64,000 nucleotides of DNA from Lama guanicoe (Eukaryota): the NCBI GenBank assembly GCA_013239625.1, contig MU054212.1, positions 186,001 through 250,000 of the forward strand. The letters run 5' to 3'. Positions 36,681-49,715 of this stretch are shown here, piece by piece; position 1 is the first letter of the stretch; each line of letters starts with the position of its first letter. The translations under genes were made by a program, and so were the position numbers. The notes beneath the pieces were generated by a model. It worked only from the letters and a program-made list of their open reading frames with translations, ran no database searches and was not told the DNA's origin.

Positions 36681-38489
36681 GAGCCTTCCATCAGTGTAGA
36701 AGGAATGAATGGGGCGAGGGAAAAACACTCTCCCTGGAATGTTTCCTTAAAGAGCACCCATTGCTCCAAAAGCAGGGGACACTTTATGGGGATAAGAGAC
36801 TATTTTTAACTGGGCTGTCTTCTAAATGAGAGAAAATCCAGATGCCAGACAGCCTCCTGACACCAGAAGGTCTGTGTCACCATCGCTATGTGGACTGGTG
36901 CGGTAAAGGCCTGGAAGATGGCCTGGGCGGTGTCAGGCACAGGCCAGAGAGAGGAACCTCAGAGTGTACACTCCCTGCTCCTGAGGGGACACGCCCACGT
37001 GAACTCAGATCACAAACCTCCTCAGAACCCTCCTAGGAAAACCAGAAATAGCACCCACCTAAGCACAAAGATCATTTGGGCACAACTACAGCCCTGCTGA
37101 AAAAGTGTTGGGGAGTAAAATGCTTCATTTCTTTAAGAACACGAACCTTTCCACTAGTCTTGTCTAGGCCCCCACATTGTGATCGCTGGATCCTTGATTC
37201 GTACGAGTAAGGAAGACGGTTTTGGAGAACAAACTGCCTTGGCCCTGAGAATAATTTCTTACTTGTGCAGTTGAGGACGGTTTATTATGGGTCTGTTTAG
37301 TGTCACAGTCAAGGGAGGGAAGGCATAAAACGCTGATCCAAGAAGCCATCTTGCTCTGAGGAGTGATGAAGTACATTTTTGTGTGCTGAGGCACTCTTAT
37401 GGGTTAGATTTCTTTGCAGAACGGGCCCAAGTAGGCAGGTACAGGAATAGAACAGTTCACGGAGAGATTATTAGCGAAACCAGAGGCTTATCTGGCTCTA
37501 TGTCTCGGGGGAGATGCATAAAGAGGGAGAACTAATCCACTCCAAGAAGAAGAAAGGGATGGTGCCTTATCCTTAATTTGATATATCACTCATATGGTGG
37601 GTGGGAAAGTTCTTTCAAGTCCTTTTGGCCTGGGCAGTAAATTATTCCTCAAGTTTCTGTTTTGTAGTGGTCAGTGAGCTGTGAGTCATGCAGTGACTCA
37701 CAGCGCCATCAGCAATGTATATTTTGGGGTGCTCACTGGATTCTTGGGTTCATACTGATAAGGAGAGCTGGCCTTTGTTGTGACTGAGTCTTTTTCCGTG
37801 CTACGTGTTCCCTGTGTTTTGTTAGCTGCCGCAGCCATCCTGATGGTGTCATACCACTCAGAACGACAGAAATGTAAAATACTCTCTGGAACTAGGCAGA
37901 CAAGGACACTGGGCTTTTGGGAAATTTTTAAGTGCACACCCACATGTTGGACTTAATAACTGCATTCGTAAAATCATTTTTATTTTTATCTTGCTTCAGC
38001 AAAAGGAAGTACACTGAAGCTTTATTCAGGGAAAGCATACTAATTCTGCTGCTCGACAGCTATGTGATCTGGGACACCTCTCTTAACTTCCGAGGGCCTC
38101 AGTGTCCTCGCTTACTGTCTACTCCTCTGATTCTACAGTAACACACCATTAGCCTTCAAGTGAAGCCTAGAAAGCCGAGAACACACATCTCTGTTTCATA
38201 GAGCCTTCTCAGGCCGTGCCCTCCTCGACCCAGGTTACGCTCACTGGTGGTTTCGCTATGAGCATCAGACTGAGTTTGCTTTACATACTGTTTGAATACA
38301 CAATATGCTGGCATTAACAAGAAATGGACTACTGGAAACACACAGCCCCACTCAAATCCACTCATCCATGCAACAAACATTTATCCAGCTCTTATTACTG
38401 ATATTCTTCCAGCAAATTTCTTTTCTTTTTTTCTTTCCTTCTTAAATTCAGGAAAATTGGTTACTATTGCCCATAGCAAAAATCCCTGC

Positions 38490-38690
38490 CTGGCACACCT
38501 ACCATTACTGACCCAACATCTATTCCCCCATTATCCTTGCTACACGAATTCCAATTTTTGAAGGGTCAGCTACATGCTCAGTTCCAAGCAAGCTACTCAG
38601 CCACACCTCCCACTTAGTTAAGTGTGTCCACATGACACGGATCTGGCTAACAAGTTGTAATCAGAAGTCTGCTAATATCTTGCATTAGAT
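38490..38690 (+). mobile_element. MLT1 (I/J-type) LTR 5' fragment
   Basis: 'cacatgacacggatctggctaacaagttgtaatcagaagtctgct'. Confidence 0.5.
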
Positions 38691-38999
38691 ACATCTAGTG
38701 TGTTTCCTTACATTCCTTCAGTATCACCTGTCCCCCAGGCCCTCAGCCACTTGCTCCATCTCAGTTGTTGCTGTGGCGACAAACTCCACACTGTGTGAAC
38801 TTCCACTGCTTGAATCCCACATCCAGAGTCTCTGGCTCTGGCTTCTCCTACCACTCTCAAATTCAGAGGAAGGACGTGAACATCGGTTTCCCTAACAGCT
38901 GTTTAAAAGGTCGAGTAACACGGCCCAGAAATGTGAGGGAGTTAACTCTCCAAGGAGAGAACTTAAAACAAATGAAAGACAGGCATAACTTTTGAATTT

Positions 39000-39386
39000 G
39001 AATCACAGGGTGGATAGCTGATTCAAGCTTGGCCAATCCAAGCTACATCCTTGGGAACTTGAACTAAGACACACAAAGACATAAAATATAAATTCAGGCA
39101 TTGTCAACAGCCAAATTTTCTACCCTATGGACTGGAGAATAAGAGGACTAATGGAATAATGGGCAGGAAAATGAGCAGATATACAAAGAGGAGTAAAGAT
39201 CAAAGAAGAAGGAAGGGTAGTTTGGGCATACAGGTGCTGTGTCCAATTTATTCCTGAGGCTAGCTGTATTCCTATCCTTAAATTCCATGAGATGCTCTTA
39301 TAGTCTAATAAGAAAGTATGTATTTTGCTACAGTTAGTTTAAGCTGTTTTATGCTATTCACAGTCAAGGCTCCGATCAATTATACA
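39000..39386 (+). mobile_element. MLT1 (K/L-type) LTR fragment
   Basis: 'gattcaagcttggccaatc...cttgggaacttgaact...ttcctgaggctagctg...agttagtttaagctgtttt'. Confidence 0.5.
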
Positions 39387-39579
39387 TTCATAAGAGCAAC
39401 AAAAGACCTAAAAACTTCTGGGAAAAACTTAATAAAATAGATACCAAAGCTATTATGAAGAAATCTAAATGACTACATATAAAAAACTTAATTTTTTTCT
39501 CATTTAAAGTGAGTTATGGAAAACATATAGTTGAGTTTTTTTGTTGTTTTTTTTTTTTTTGGTTTTTGGTTTTTGGGGT

Positions 39580-40195
39580 TTTTTTACCCACTCTGTCAGT
39601 CTCTGTTTCTTAATTGATGTATTTGGACCACTCACAATTTAAGGGATTATTAATATAGTTGATTAAGATCTACTACATTTATAACCATTTTCTTATTTGT
39701 AGTAATTGTCCTTTCTTTCTTTCTTTTTTTAATCTCCCTCTATTTTTCTGTCTTCTCATTTCTGCCTTGAACATTTTATATGGTTTCATCTTCTGTCCTT
39801 TCTTAGTATAATCAATCATTATACTTCTCTGATTTTTTTAATGGTTGTCTTAGACTTTGCAATATACACTTGCAACTAATCTAAGTCTAAATAACACAAT
39901 AACATTTCAAGAGTAATGCAGGTATCTCACAACAGAGTATTCCCAATTTCTTTCTCTCTCCATCCCTTATAACATTGCTGTCTTTCATTTCACTTGTCCA
40001 TAAGCTATAATCATCCAATACATATTATTGTTTTGAACGGTTATCTATTAGATAAATTAAGAATTTAAAAAGTGAAAGGTTTCGTTTTACCTTTATTTAT
40101 TCCTTCTCTAACATTCTTCCTTTCTTTATGTAAATCCAAGCTTCTGATCTATTTAATATTCCTACTCTCTGAAGAATTTCTTTTAATATTTTTTA
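39580..40195 (-). mobile_element. Old L1M fragment
   Basis: 'ccactctgtcagtctctgtttcttaattgatgtatttggacca...ttacctttatttattccttctctaacattcttcctttctttatgta'. Confidence 0.8.
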
Positions 40196-40499
40196 CCTGC
40201 TCTCAAAGGAATTTCTAGAATCTAGCTGAAGTGGGAGAAGGGATGCATACAACTGGAGCCCCTGCTAACCTTCCTGTCTCATCTGGGTGGGAGTGGCATA
40301 CAAATACTCAATAAACCTACTACACACATTCTCTGAATCATTTATTTACATGCTCCATAAAAATGAAAAATTTGAAATTAAAAAGTGATGAGCAAATGAA
40401 TCATTATATTTTATAATTAACTAAACAATTTCTAGTATAAAAAATGCTATGTTATTTTACATAATAATTAAAATAATTATTAGTACAAAAATTAATAAT

Positions 40500-41250
40500 T
40501 AAAAATTCTAGATAATCTCAACATGAAAGGTTATGGGCAGAAAGAAGGAAGAGAGAATTGAAAGTATGCTAAACTTCTTGTCTTAATGCAGCGAAGCTGA
40601 GAACAGGGGCTAATATAAATACTGATTATTTTGAGATATCTAGATAATGAGGTAAATTTAAATATGAGCTTTACATTTAAATAAAACTACTAGAAGAGCG
40701 AGAATGGGATATTGAACTTCCAAACCACTAAAGAAAAACAGAATAAAGAAAATGTGATCAATGCATCAAAAAACGGGGAAGGAACAGGAAAGAGAAAGAG
40801 AGAGGAAGATGAAAGGGAACGGGAGGGGAACATGAGAAATGAGGAGGATGGCAAATGAAACTATAAAGTAAGATGTCAGGAATGTATCCAAATGTGTCAT
40901 GAATCACAAGAAATACAGCTGTGTTAAATTTCTCAACCAGATTGTAGAAGAATAAAATCTAGCTATATTTCATTGACATGTGTTACACAAAATAATTTTT
41001 GAATTTTTTTCAAGATTTGAATTTTCAATTCCAAATAAAAAATCAGAAAAGTTGAAAACAAAGATGGAAAAGGTAGCAAGAGGAAACAGGTATAAAAATA
41101 TTACTATTTTACAATAGAGAATTTAAAGCAAATAGTAATTAAATGTGAAAAGAGAAATGTATTTTATACAGATAAAAAGTTTACTTCAGTGAGAAAATAT
41201 GGAAGTTTGAACATTTTAATACCTAAAAACATACCTTTAAAATATATAAA
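40500..41250 (+). mobile_element. Old L1ME inter-ORF/ORF2-start fragment
   Basis: A-rich text 'aagaaaatgtgatcaatgcatcaaaa...tccaaatgtgtcatgaatcacaag...aacatacctttaaaatatataaag'. Confidence 0.6.
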
Positions 41251-41409
41251 GGTTCTCAAGCTTTGTCAAGCATGAAGATTACCTGGGAAACTTGTTAAAC
41301 ATGCTGATTTTCAGGGTCTATCTCCATTTCCCTACCACCATTCTAGTCTAACTTGTCAATATCTCTTACCTGAATTATAACAACTTTATCCTATCAGGTC
41401 AAAATTGCA

Positions 41410-41530
41410 ATATTAAAAATTTAAACCTGAGGAATTCAGATATAGAGCAGGAACAGTCACTACTTTAAGGTCACACAGATAGATAACGGCAGATCTGGAA
41501 CCAAGTTCTGAGAGTTGAGAGCCTTTACTT
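41410..41530 (-). mobile_element. MIR fragment (preceded by short MER5/L2 scraps at 41250-41395)
   Basis: 'aaggtcacacagatagataacggcagatctggaaccaagttctga'. Confidence 0.55.
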
Positions 41531-42084
41531 GCAAAAAACAGCATTGACTCTAATATATTTTACATCACGATTGCTTTTTCTAGAGCTTAGGTTTTGCTCA
41601 CAACATTATTTTCTGCATAGAAGCTCTGTCTGGGTAAAGCTGACCAAGTGTGGGATGGCCATGAGTCAGAGACCAGACAGACCTACGGAGTGAGTCAGGA
41701 AGTCATGAAAGGTCCCACTATGGACAAAAAAAGAAGGAAATGAGGCAGAGGATAAATGCATTGCAGCTGGTAAAGCATAGCCTGAACTGACACCCATTAT
41801 ACTGTGCTGGGGAATCTGGAAGAAGGCCTCGGGCAGAGGTTTTGGCAGAGTTTTTCATAGTCAATCAGGTGGCTAAAGACAAGGAAATGCAGCCAAGAGG
41901 AACAGACAAAAGTATAGCAAAAAAAGTGGATTAAGAATGGGATCAGTGGACGGTGGGGAGTGCGGTGCTGTGGAAAACCATGGAGAGCTAACTACAAGGA
42001 ATCTCAACAGCCTGACAGCACCCGAGTTCTTTAAGGATCAGAATAGCAGATAGCAGCCCAAGTCAGGATTCCAGGCATAAAAAG

Positions 42085-42571
42085 TAAAAACAGAAACCAC
42101 CTACACCCACAGTTTACTGATTGCATCAACATGGCCTTACTATTCCGCTGTCTTCAACAAAATGACATCACTGTTCCAGGAACCTCTTGCTCAGGAAGAT
42201 AAACATTCAAAAAACTATTATTATTTAAGTGAACATCAACTCATTCATTTCTATAACACATAGTATCAAATGATAGTTTACTTTTGAAGATTCTTTGAAT
42301 CTCTCACTTCAAAACCCTTACATTTCTATGACCGCCAGTTCTAAACTATTGTATCAAGATTCTTATCCAATCCTAATCAAGCCCTCATATTTAAGAACCA
42401 CCTTAAACCACATTCCAAACACTCATAAATATTCCCACTTTGCCTTCCCACCCTCTGAGATAGGACTAAAACTCTATCAAGGTGGTGCACTCTGTATTAG
42501 GTTATGGAAAAATAACTTCATCTTATTTTGAAGTTGTCTTGGTGATATTTTCAGGGATCCAGCACTTGACA
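42085..42571 (+). mobile_element. 5' LTR of an ERV1 provirus (MER110-like)
   Basis: Diverged direct repeat of 47302-47815 (shared blocks 'cacagtttactg', 'ctcttgc..ggaagataaa', 'atcaaatgatagttta', 'atcaagccct', 'ctctgaga'); ends 'ccagcacttgaca'. Confidence 0.85.
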
Positions 42572-43221
42572 ATATTACAGGTCCATCAAAGTCCAAACAA
42601 GTTCTCACTACCATGGCCAAGACCCATCTTAACCTATTTCTCTCCATATCTGCACAAAACTTTTTTATATTAGAGGCTAAAGAAAGACTAAGACTGATGT
42701 AGAAAGAGAAAGGACTCATCATACCTTACTCTGGCCCTTGTACACCCCTGTTCTTCCAGGCAAAAACCCTAATAGGCAAGGTGTAGATTCATCAGATCAT
42801 AAAAAAAAACACTTATTCAGGGCTTTCCTGTGGTACTAAAACTATTTTGCGTTAAGTGCCTCCTGAGACTACATATAACAATTGTAGATCTGTGTTCTGC
42901 TTTATTTTGGGTCCTTTAAGCTCAAAATAGTCAATACTTATTTGCCTTCTCTAAAGAAAATCAACAATATACCTGAACTGTGATGCCCCAGGGGTTTACG
43001 GAGACATCGGCTAATTTTCATAAATCCTCAACCAGGACCACCAGGACCTTAACTTTTCCTGTTGTCCTACTCTTCTGCAGTATGTGGACGGCCTTTTGTT
43101 GTGTTCTAAAATGAGGTAACTCTAAGACTGATTCCATCCATCTATTTACTGTTCTAGCTCAGTAAAGGCATATATCTAAAGAGAAGGCAAAATGTTATCA
43201 AAGTAATTTCATTATGTAGGA

Positions 43222-43452
43222 CAAGAATTAACAAACTACAGCCACTAAGCAAATCCAGCCTGCTGCCTACTTTTATAAGTAAAATTTTATTGAAACACAG
43301 TCACATCCATTCATTTATAGATTGTCTGCAGTTACTTTAACACAACAACAACTTGAATAGTTGTGGCAGAAACTATATTTTGGTTTTGTCCCCACAAAGT
43401 CTAAGAGATTTATTATCGGGTCCTTTATAGAAAAAGTAAAAGTCATGCCCTG
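43222..43452. mobile_element. MER58A-like hAT-Charlie MITE nested in the ERV RT
   Basis: 'aaatccagcctgctgcctacttttataagtaaaattttattgaaacacagtcac'; 8-bp TSD atgtagga (43214-43221) / atctagga (43453-43460). Confidence 0.9.
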
Positions 43453-45145
43453 ATCTAGGATATGATTTATGTCAAGAAAGACAATCCTTTACTCCTAACC
43501 AACTGGGTCGTTGAAAACTTTACTAGCCCAGAGATAATCAAGACGTTTCTTCATTCTCACTGACCCAAGTGTAATGGGTTCTCAGCTTTTCTAATTGCCA
43601 GTCCATTAAAGGACTTAACCAAACGCTCAGTAAGCAAACCTCTTCCCTTGCAGTCTAAATACGAACAGGTCTAATGAATATTAACTCTCTGACAATCTGC
43701 CAGTCTGAGCCTATCTAATTATCATAAACCTTTCTACCTATCTGAACAGCCTCTTGGCATTCTGCCTCAACTCCATGGAAATTATGAGCAATCAATAGCT
43801 TACTAACCTTCCCTTCTTGGCCCAGTGACCCATCTTCTCAATAATCACAGCAGTTAAACCAGTAGAGACATCTGCCAACTTGCTTTTTGGGTTTCCTTTC
43901 AATTTGATGGTCCCTTATGCTGTACAGTCTTTCTTGCCTACTGAAAATACACACTTCCTAGCAAATTGGCTTATCTCATGAAATCCTATTTTGTCCCTCA
44001 CATATTTCTAGCCATCACTGCAGTACTTTAAAAACCCTGCTATTTTTCTTCCATTACCTAAAATAGAAAATTCATGACTGTTTAACCTCTGCTCGTAACC
44101 ATCTATGCCCTAAATAGATTTATAAGAAACTCCTTTAGAAAATCCAGACTCAATATTATTTGTTAATGGGTCATATCTTAAGACTGATACAGCAAAATAT
44201 TAGGTGAGATTATCACTCTTTATGAGAAGCAAAATCTGCTCAGGTGATAGAACTTGGTACCGTCACCAGAGCTTGAAAGTTAGCTAGAAATAAAAGGAAA
44301 ATTCCATGGATAATAGCTATGCTTTTGGATAGTCCCATAATTTTGGAATACTTTGAAATAAGGTAACCTTAACCTGCAACAAGAAATTCAATTTAGAACG
44401 GTCAACAAATTTAAAAACTTTTTGTGTGCTCTAATGCTTTATAAGGAGATGGCTATATAAAGGTAGGGGCTCATACTAAAAGGAATAACATGGAGGCTAA
44501 GGTACATCCTTGCTACTCTTTATACCAGATAGAAGCATTCCCTAACGACAAACTGAGAGATTAAATTTTGGGGGGTAGGGGGAAGGTTGCTCAAAGAGAC
44601 TTTTATAGAACGCCAGTCATTGCATCCAGAGTCAGAAAAGAGTACTGAGAGAAATCCAGACATAAACTGCACAAGAATAATCTCTGGCATTTTGAGAATT
44701 GCTGCATAGAAGTACCAGACAACCTCAGATGAAAACTTGCAAGAATTTTACATGAAATCATCCACCACTTCAAAATAAATGGGCCACTAAACTCAATGAA
44801 CATTCATAGGAAACTTTACTAAAATTCCCAAGAGTGTCTCTGGAGCAAGTCCCATCTGCCAAGAGCATCATCCTGGTAAAACTGTAAAGTGGTACATGGA
44901 CAAGAGCCCTATCCTCAGGGCCCCTTTGAATGCCTCCAAATAGAGTCCATACATCTACTCCTGCAGTGGGTTGGGAATATGTCCCACTTACTGTTTGCTG
45001 CTTCTCTGGATGGACTGGTCCCTTTCCTTCCTGGAGAGCTACAGCTCCCACAGTAGTATACATACATATTGTATATATATTTCTTGATGTATTATCAGCC
45101 TACAGAATTTCAACCTATTATTCAAGGGACACAAATTTTACTGGA

Positions 45146-45731
45146 TGTAAAGGACAGACTCAAAAATGGCTTTCTATGATCTCCATCTCCTGGTGTTCAC
45201 ACCTCTTGTAATCCCCTCCCTTTGATTGTGGTCACAACCTGTGACTTGCTTCTGACAAAGACGATGAGATGTCACTCCTGTGATTATGTTATGTTACAAA
45301 AGACAATATTACTAGCAGACTCACTCTAAAGACTGTCTCCTAGCCTCATGAAGTAAGTAGCCATGTCAGGGAAATCCATGTGGAGGAAATAGCAGGCAGC
45401 CTCAAGGACGTGCAGGCAGCCACTGGGAGCCGGGGGCAGACTCCAGCGGAGAGCTAGCAAGAAGCTGGAGCTCTCAGTCCTCCATCCATGAGGAAATGAA
45501 TTCTTCCAACAAATTAAATGAGCTTGGAAGCTGATTCTTCCCCTGTAGAACCTTCACATGAGACTACACCCTGGCCAACACCTTGAATTCAGCCTTGTGA
45601 AACCCTAAATAGAGGACCCTGCTAAGTTGTTCCCAGACTTTTGACCCACAGAAACTATGAGATAATAAGTGGTTTTTTTTAAGTCAGTAGGTTTTGGGTA
45701 AATTGCTATACAGCAATAGAAAAGTAATACA
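45146..45731 (+). mobile_element. MLT1 (E/F-type) solo LTR nested in the ERV integrase
   Basis: TG...CA termini, 'ctcctggtgttcacacctcttgtaatcccctccc'...'cagcaatagaaaagtaataca'; TSD ctgga (45141-45145) / ctggg (45732-45736). Confidence 0.9.
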
Positions 45732-46549
45732 CTGGGACTATTATATAAGAGCTTTGCAAAGTTCTGCCACTTACTCAGAAATGTTACTGTCAATCTCAGC
45801 CCCAATCATCAAGAAAGTCAGAAAGAATCAATAGAATTCTAAAACATTTTAAATAAGCAATTTTTTCAGATATTCTTGAACTTTCATGCCCTAAGGTACT
45901 GCTGTTGGCTTTAATAACAATGAGATCAACTCCTTATGAATTAGTAACTGATGAATTCATGCATCTAGGATTATCATCTCTGATTCTAGACTACACTAGT
46001 GCAAACAGACTACACTGGAGCAAACAGACAAATATTCCCGGGAACTCATGTAATACACTTAGTATTAACATCAATAGGTATGAGCAGCCTTTCCTCAACA
46101 TCATCCTAAACAACATATATATTACCTGAAACCTAGAGCTTTTGTAACTGAGCTCTCATAGAAATAGAATTTGAGAAGAGATGTAATATATTTGGAGTCT
46201 GAGTAACTTTCACTGACATCACAATAAGACAACAGTGCTTCTCTTTGGCTTCAGAGCAGCCTAATTTTTCAATATTCCACTGGATCATTCTTGATGAGTA
46301 GTGTCCAAACATTAAAACACTATTTTCAGCCCTATGAAGTATTTTGTCCCAAAACTGTTTATAGGTGGCTCCCAAAGACCAGTACTGGATTTGCAGCAAA
46401 AAAGTCTTCTGGCTACCACCTACAAATTGGACAAGATACTTGTTACCTTGGTAAATTGATACCTTCCTTCATGATAATCCCTGACATCACCTAGGATTCA
46501 CCTTGGTACATCAGTTTGCCCTCTGGAACTGTTATCCTCCAAGAACTGT

Positions 46550-47130
46550 TGTTAGGTAATATATCTTATGGGAAAACTGAGTCTCGATTTGAGAACCAAA
46601 GCCCCAGAGGATATTTTGGATCGTTTTCTTCTCTTCTTATACCTCTCAACTTCATACTTTACAAGTGGCTCAAAAAGTAGAAAGAATCCTGCATGCCATA
46701 GTTCAGAAAATGCCGAAGAGTTAGGCAATGCCACCACAACCACAGAACTTCTTGCCTGGAAGGTTCATGAAATCTGGCAGGTGTTGGATCAGAATAGAGC
46801 CATTTCAGATATGATATTGGCCTCTTGAGGGTAAATATGTAATATTTAGGGGGAAGAGTGTTGTGCTTAGATCCCTGCATTCCTCTCTAGAATCTATAAC
46901 ATAATTCAAAACAACTAGAAAGCAAAAATAATAAATGTAGACAATTTGGCTAATTATCTGGTTCTGTGGGCACTTCAGATTGGGGATAGCCTCTAGTCTC
47001 TTGGTTTAAATTAGGCACCCTTGGCTCCTGGCTGAGAAGTGGACAAAAAGCTCTGATCATATTATCAGTCCATATTGCAGGGTTTAGAGGTGTGATCTCC
47101 AGAGTCTTACATGCCGCTATCTAACCACTG
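46550..47130 (+). pseudogene. Decayed ERV env transmembrane subunit
   Basis: VLDQNRAISDMILAS*G*ICNI*GEECCA*IP at 46781-46876: an ISD-like heptad region plus the CX6CC motif, with in-frame stops. Confidence 0.85.
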
Positions 47131-47301
47131 TCAAATGATCCTTCCATGTGTCTTGTGATGTCCATAACGTGATCCATCAAAAAGAACAGGAAAACCCACA
47201 GGCATGACAGGTGAAATGACCACACCCATACTGGCCAAATGCCTTGATGTTAAAGGTCTAGCTTTTAGCTTAGGCTGAACAAAGACCACAGAGTGAGACA
47301 C

Positions 47302-47815
47302 CGACAAGCAAAACCATCTACAACCACACAGTTTACTGTCTACATAAATATGATTTTGCTGTTCTCCAATATTTACTAACATGGCTATAGTATTTCAAGA
47401 AACTCTTGCCGGGAAGATAAAAGTTGCTAATAAACTGCATTGTTCATTTTTTAAACTTCCCCTGAAACCCATTTAAATGAACATCAAATGGTTCAACTCT
47501 TCAATAGGTAGCATCAAATGATAGTTTATCTCTAAGACTCTTTGAATCCCCAGCTACAAAATCCTTGCCTTATTACATTTCCTAGTCTTTGACTATTATA
47601 TCATGATCCTTACCCAACTCTCATCAAGCCCTGAGATTGAAAGTCCTACATTAAACTAGATTCCAAAACCTCATAAAAATATCCCAACTCTGCCTTCTGA
47701 GGGCACTCCACTCTGAGACACCACTAAGACTCTCTCAATGTCATGCCCTCCTTTTATGCAACAAGAATAAAACTCAGCTTTGTTTCGGTGTTATTTTTGA
47801 GAAGTCGTGGTTTAA
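47302..47815 (+). mobile_element. 3' LTR of the ERV1 provirus (MER110-like)
   Basis: Homologous to 42085-42571; preceded by a degraded purine-rich tract; poly(A) signal in 'aataaaactcagctttgt'. Confidence 0.85.
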
Positions 47816-48669
47816 TTAGGGTCAGTTGGAGGTGAGGAGGAGCCTAGGTTTTAGTTCACAGAAATGGCAGCAAGCTCTAGAAGAACCAGCCACAAGGCAA
47901 TGTGGACCAATAGACTGAAGAGTCATTTTATTTGCTTTTATCAAAATCCTAACTGTTTCAAGCGTCTGGAATGACACTGAGCCTACACAAAGGGGCTAAG
48001 TGTTTCTACTTATAGGCCATGGGGGAGCAGGGCTTCAGGGGACTTGAGGTAGATGGGTCATTATAATGTATGCCTTTCAAGAAGGACAAGGACACAAATG
48101 TTACTTGGAATTTACAAATCTTGTCCTGTGCACATTTAAATGCTGGAAACTTGGAATCTTGTTTTGAAGCCAAGTTTAGGGTAATTTTGGAAGGAAAGGG
48201 CCCAAGAGAACTCTCACTTGTATTTCATACATGGGATAAGTTCTCTCATTTCTCTGTGTCCAGGTTTCCTTCTATGCAAAGTATAAATGGTAATGACTTT
48301 CTCTAGTCTCTTCACTGCTGATGCACTTGCTTCTTTGGCTTTGCTGTCTTGTACTTTTATTTCTCCTTTTTTTTTTTCTCCCTTCTTTTTTCTAATTTCT
48401 GATATTTTCTTCACTTTTTGTTGCAAAAACACATCTGCGGGGAAATAGTCACTGAGACCAAAAAAATTGAAAACTGAAACAAAAATTTTCAATTTTGAAA
48501 TAAGAGTTTGTTTGATCTACATGAAAAAGTCATTCATTCTCTGCCTTTGTTTCAATATACGTAAAATCAAGGGAAGAGATTAACATTACCTCTAAGTGTT
48601 TCACATTCTCCAGCCAACTTTCAACTATTGATAGGCTGATTATCCAACCCTCAAGGGGAAAATGGGTAT

Positions 48670-48900
48670 AATGTAAGAGAAGGAACACTGGCCAAGCTTG
48701 ATAAGTCCTGGCTTTTTCAGTTATCACCTTCCTGCCCTTGGACACGTCACCGAACCACTGTGAAGCCCAATTTCCTGGCTGCTCAAGAGAGGCTGCCTGC
48801 CCCACCATGTGGTTGTGAAGGGTCAACAGGATAATACCTGTAAAGTCTCAGGTGCACAAATGGTGGTGGCTGCTATAATCACAATGTAATAAATATTTAT
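48670..48900 (+). mobile_element. MIR SINE
   Basis: 'gcccttggacacgtcaccgaaccactgtgaagcccaatttcct...ggttgtgaagggtcaacaggataatacctgtaaagt'. Confidence 0.7.
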
Positions 48901-49269
48901 GGAATGGTGGTGGCTTCCTTATTGTGAAAAAAAAAAATCAGATACTGGGAAATCATAAAACTGGCCTGGCAGAACCATTGCAAAGTTTAAGAAAGTGCTT
49001 TGTAAACTGAAACAAACTACAAATTCAAACTAGGCTTTGTATTCTTTCTCTTCTATATATCTTAAGATTTTTATTGTTTTTTAGGAGCTTCAAAGAAAGT
49101 GAACTTCAAATCAAGCCGTCTTTCTCACAAGTACTCATGAGACAGAGAGTTGAAACTACTGCTTAAAATGAGATTTTGAGCTATTTACAAATGTGGCCCC
49201 TGTGGCATGCATCACTCCACTATTTTTACTGAAAATGGAGATTCCTTTCCATTTTCTTTTACTCCCAGT

Positions 49270-49715
49270 AAGGTGTTATGAAAACAGGAAGGCTTTGAGT
49301 TCAGGCAAACCTAAATTTAATTTTTGATTCTACCTTAAAACAGGAAAATTAATATCCTCTTTGTAGGAAAAAATTAAATAACTTTTGTGAAGTGCTCAGA
49401 AGCCAAAAGATTGACTTCTTTCCATCCACAGGACCTACAACTTAAAGCAACTTTAGTGAGCATACTGTTCCTTGATTTTTGATACTACATGTGCCTCAAG
49501 TTTTAAACACATTTAACGGACCTTCCTTCAGACTCTTCCACTAAATAGCAAATTATTCAACCTCAGTTTCCTCTTCTATAAAATGGAGGTAATAATAGAA
49601 CTAGCTCTTAGGGTGAGCAGAACAGATGAGAAAGTACATGTAAATGCTTAACTTGGTGTCTGGCACATAATAAATTTTAGCTAATAGAACTATAATAATA
49701 GTAACAGCAATAACA
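49270..49715 (+). mobile_element. Two MIR fragments (49270-49400 and 49555-49715)
   Basis: 'aggctttgagttcaggcaaacct'; core 'cctcagtttcctcttctataaaatggaggtaataatag...tctggcacataataa'. Confidence 0.8.

Larger units (their letters stand above)
42575..46100 (+). pseudogene. Decayed ERV pol (RT, RNase H, integrase)
   Basis: QQYT*TVMPQGF (MPQGF at 42983-42997); LLQYVDGLL (YVDG at 43081-43092, YVDD-like); PDSILFVNGSY at 44144; SAQVIEL..TRA; integrase ICQEHHPGK, VCCFSGWTGPFP..RATA, PQSSRKSERINRILK; many stops and frameshifts. Confidence 0.9.

Noticed and set aside
41640..42080. Possible older LTR into which the provirus inserted
   Set aside because: Purine-rich, LTR-like texture, but I could not identify termini or a family.
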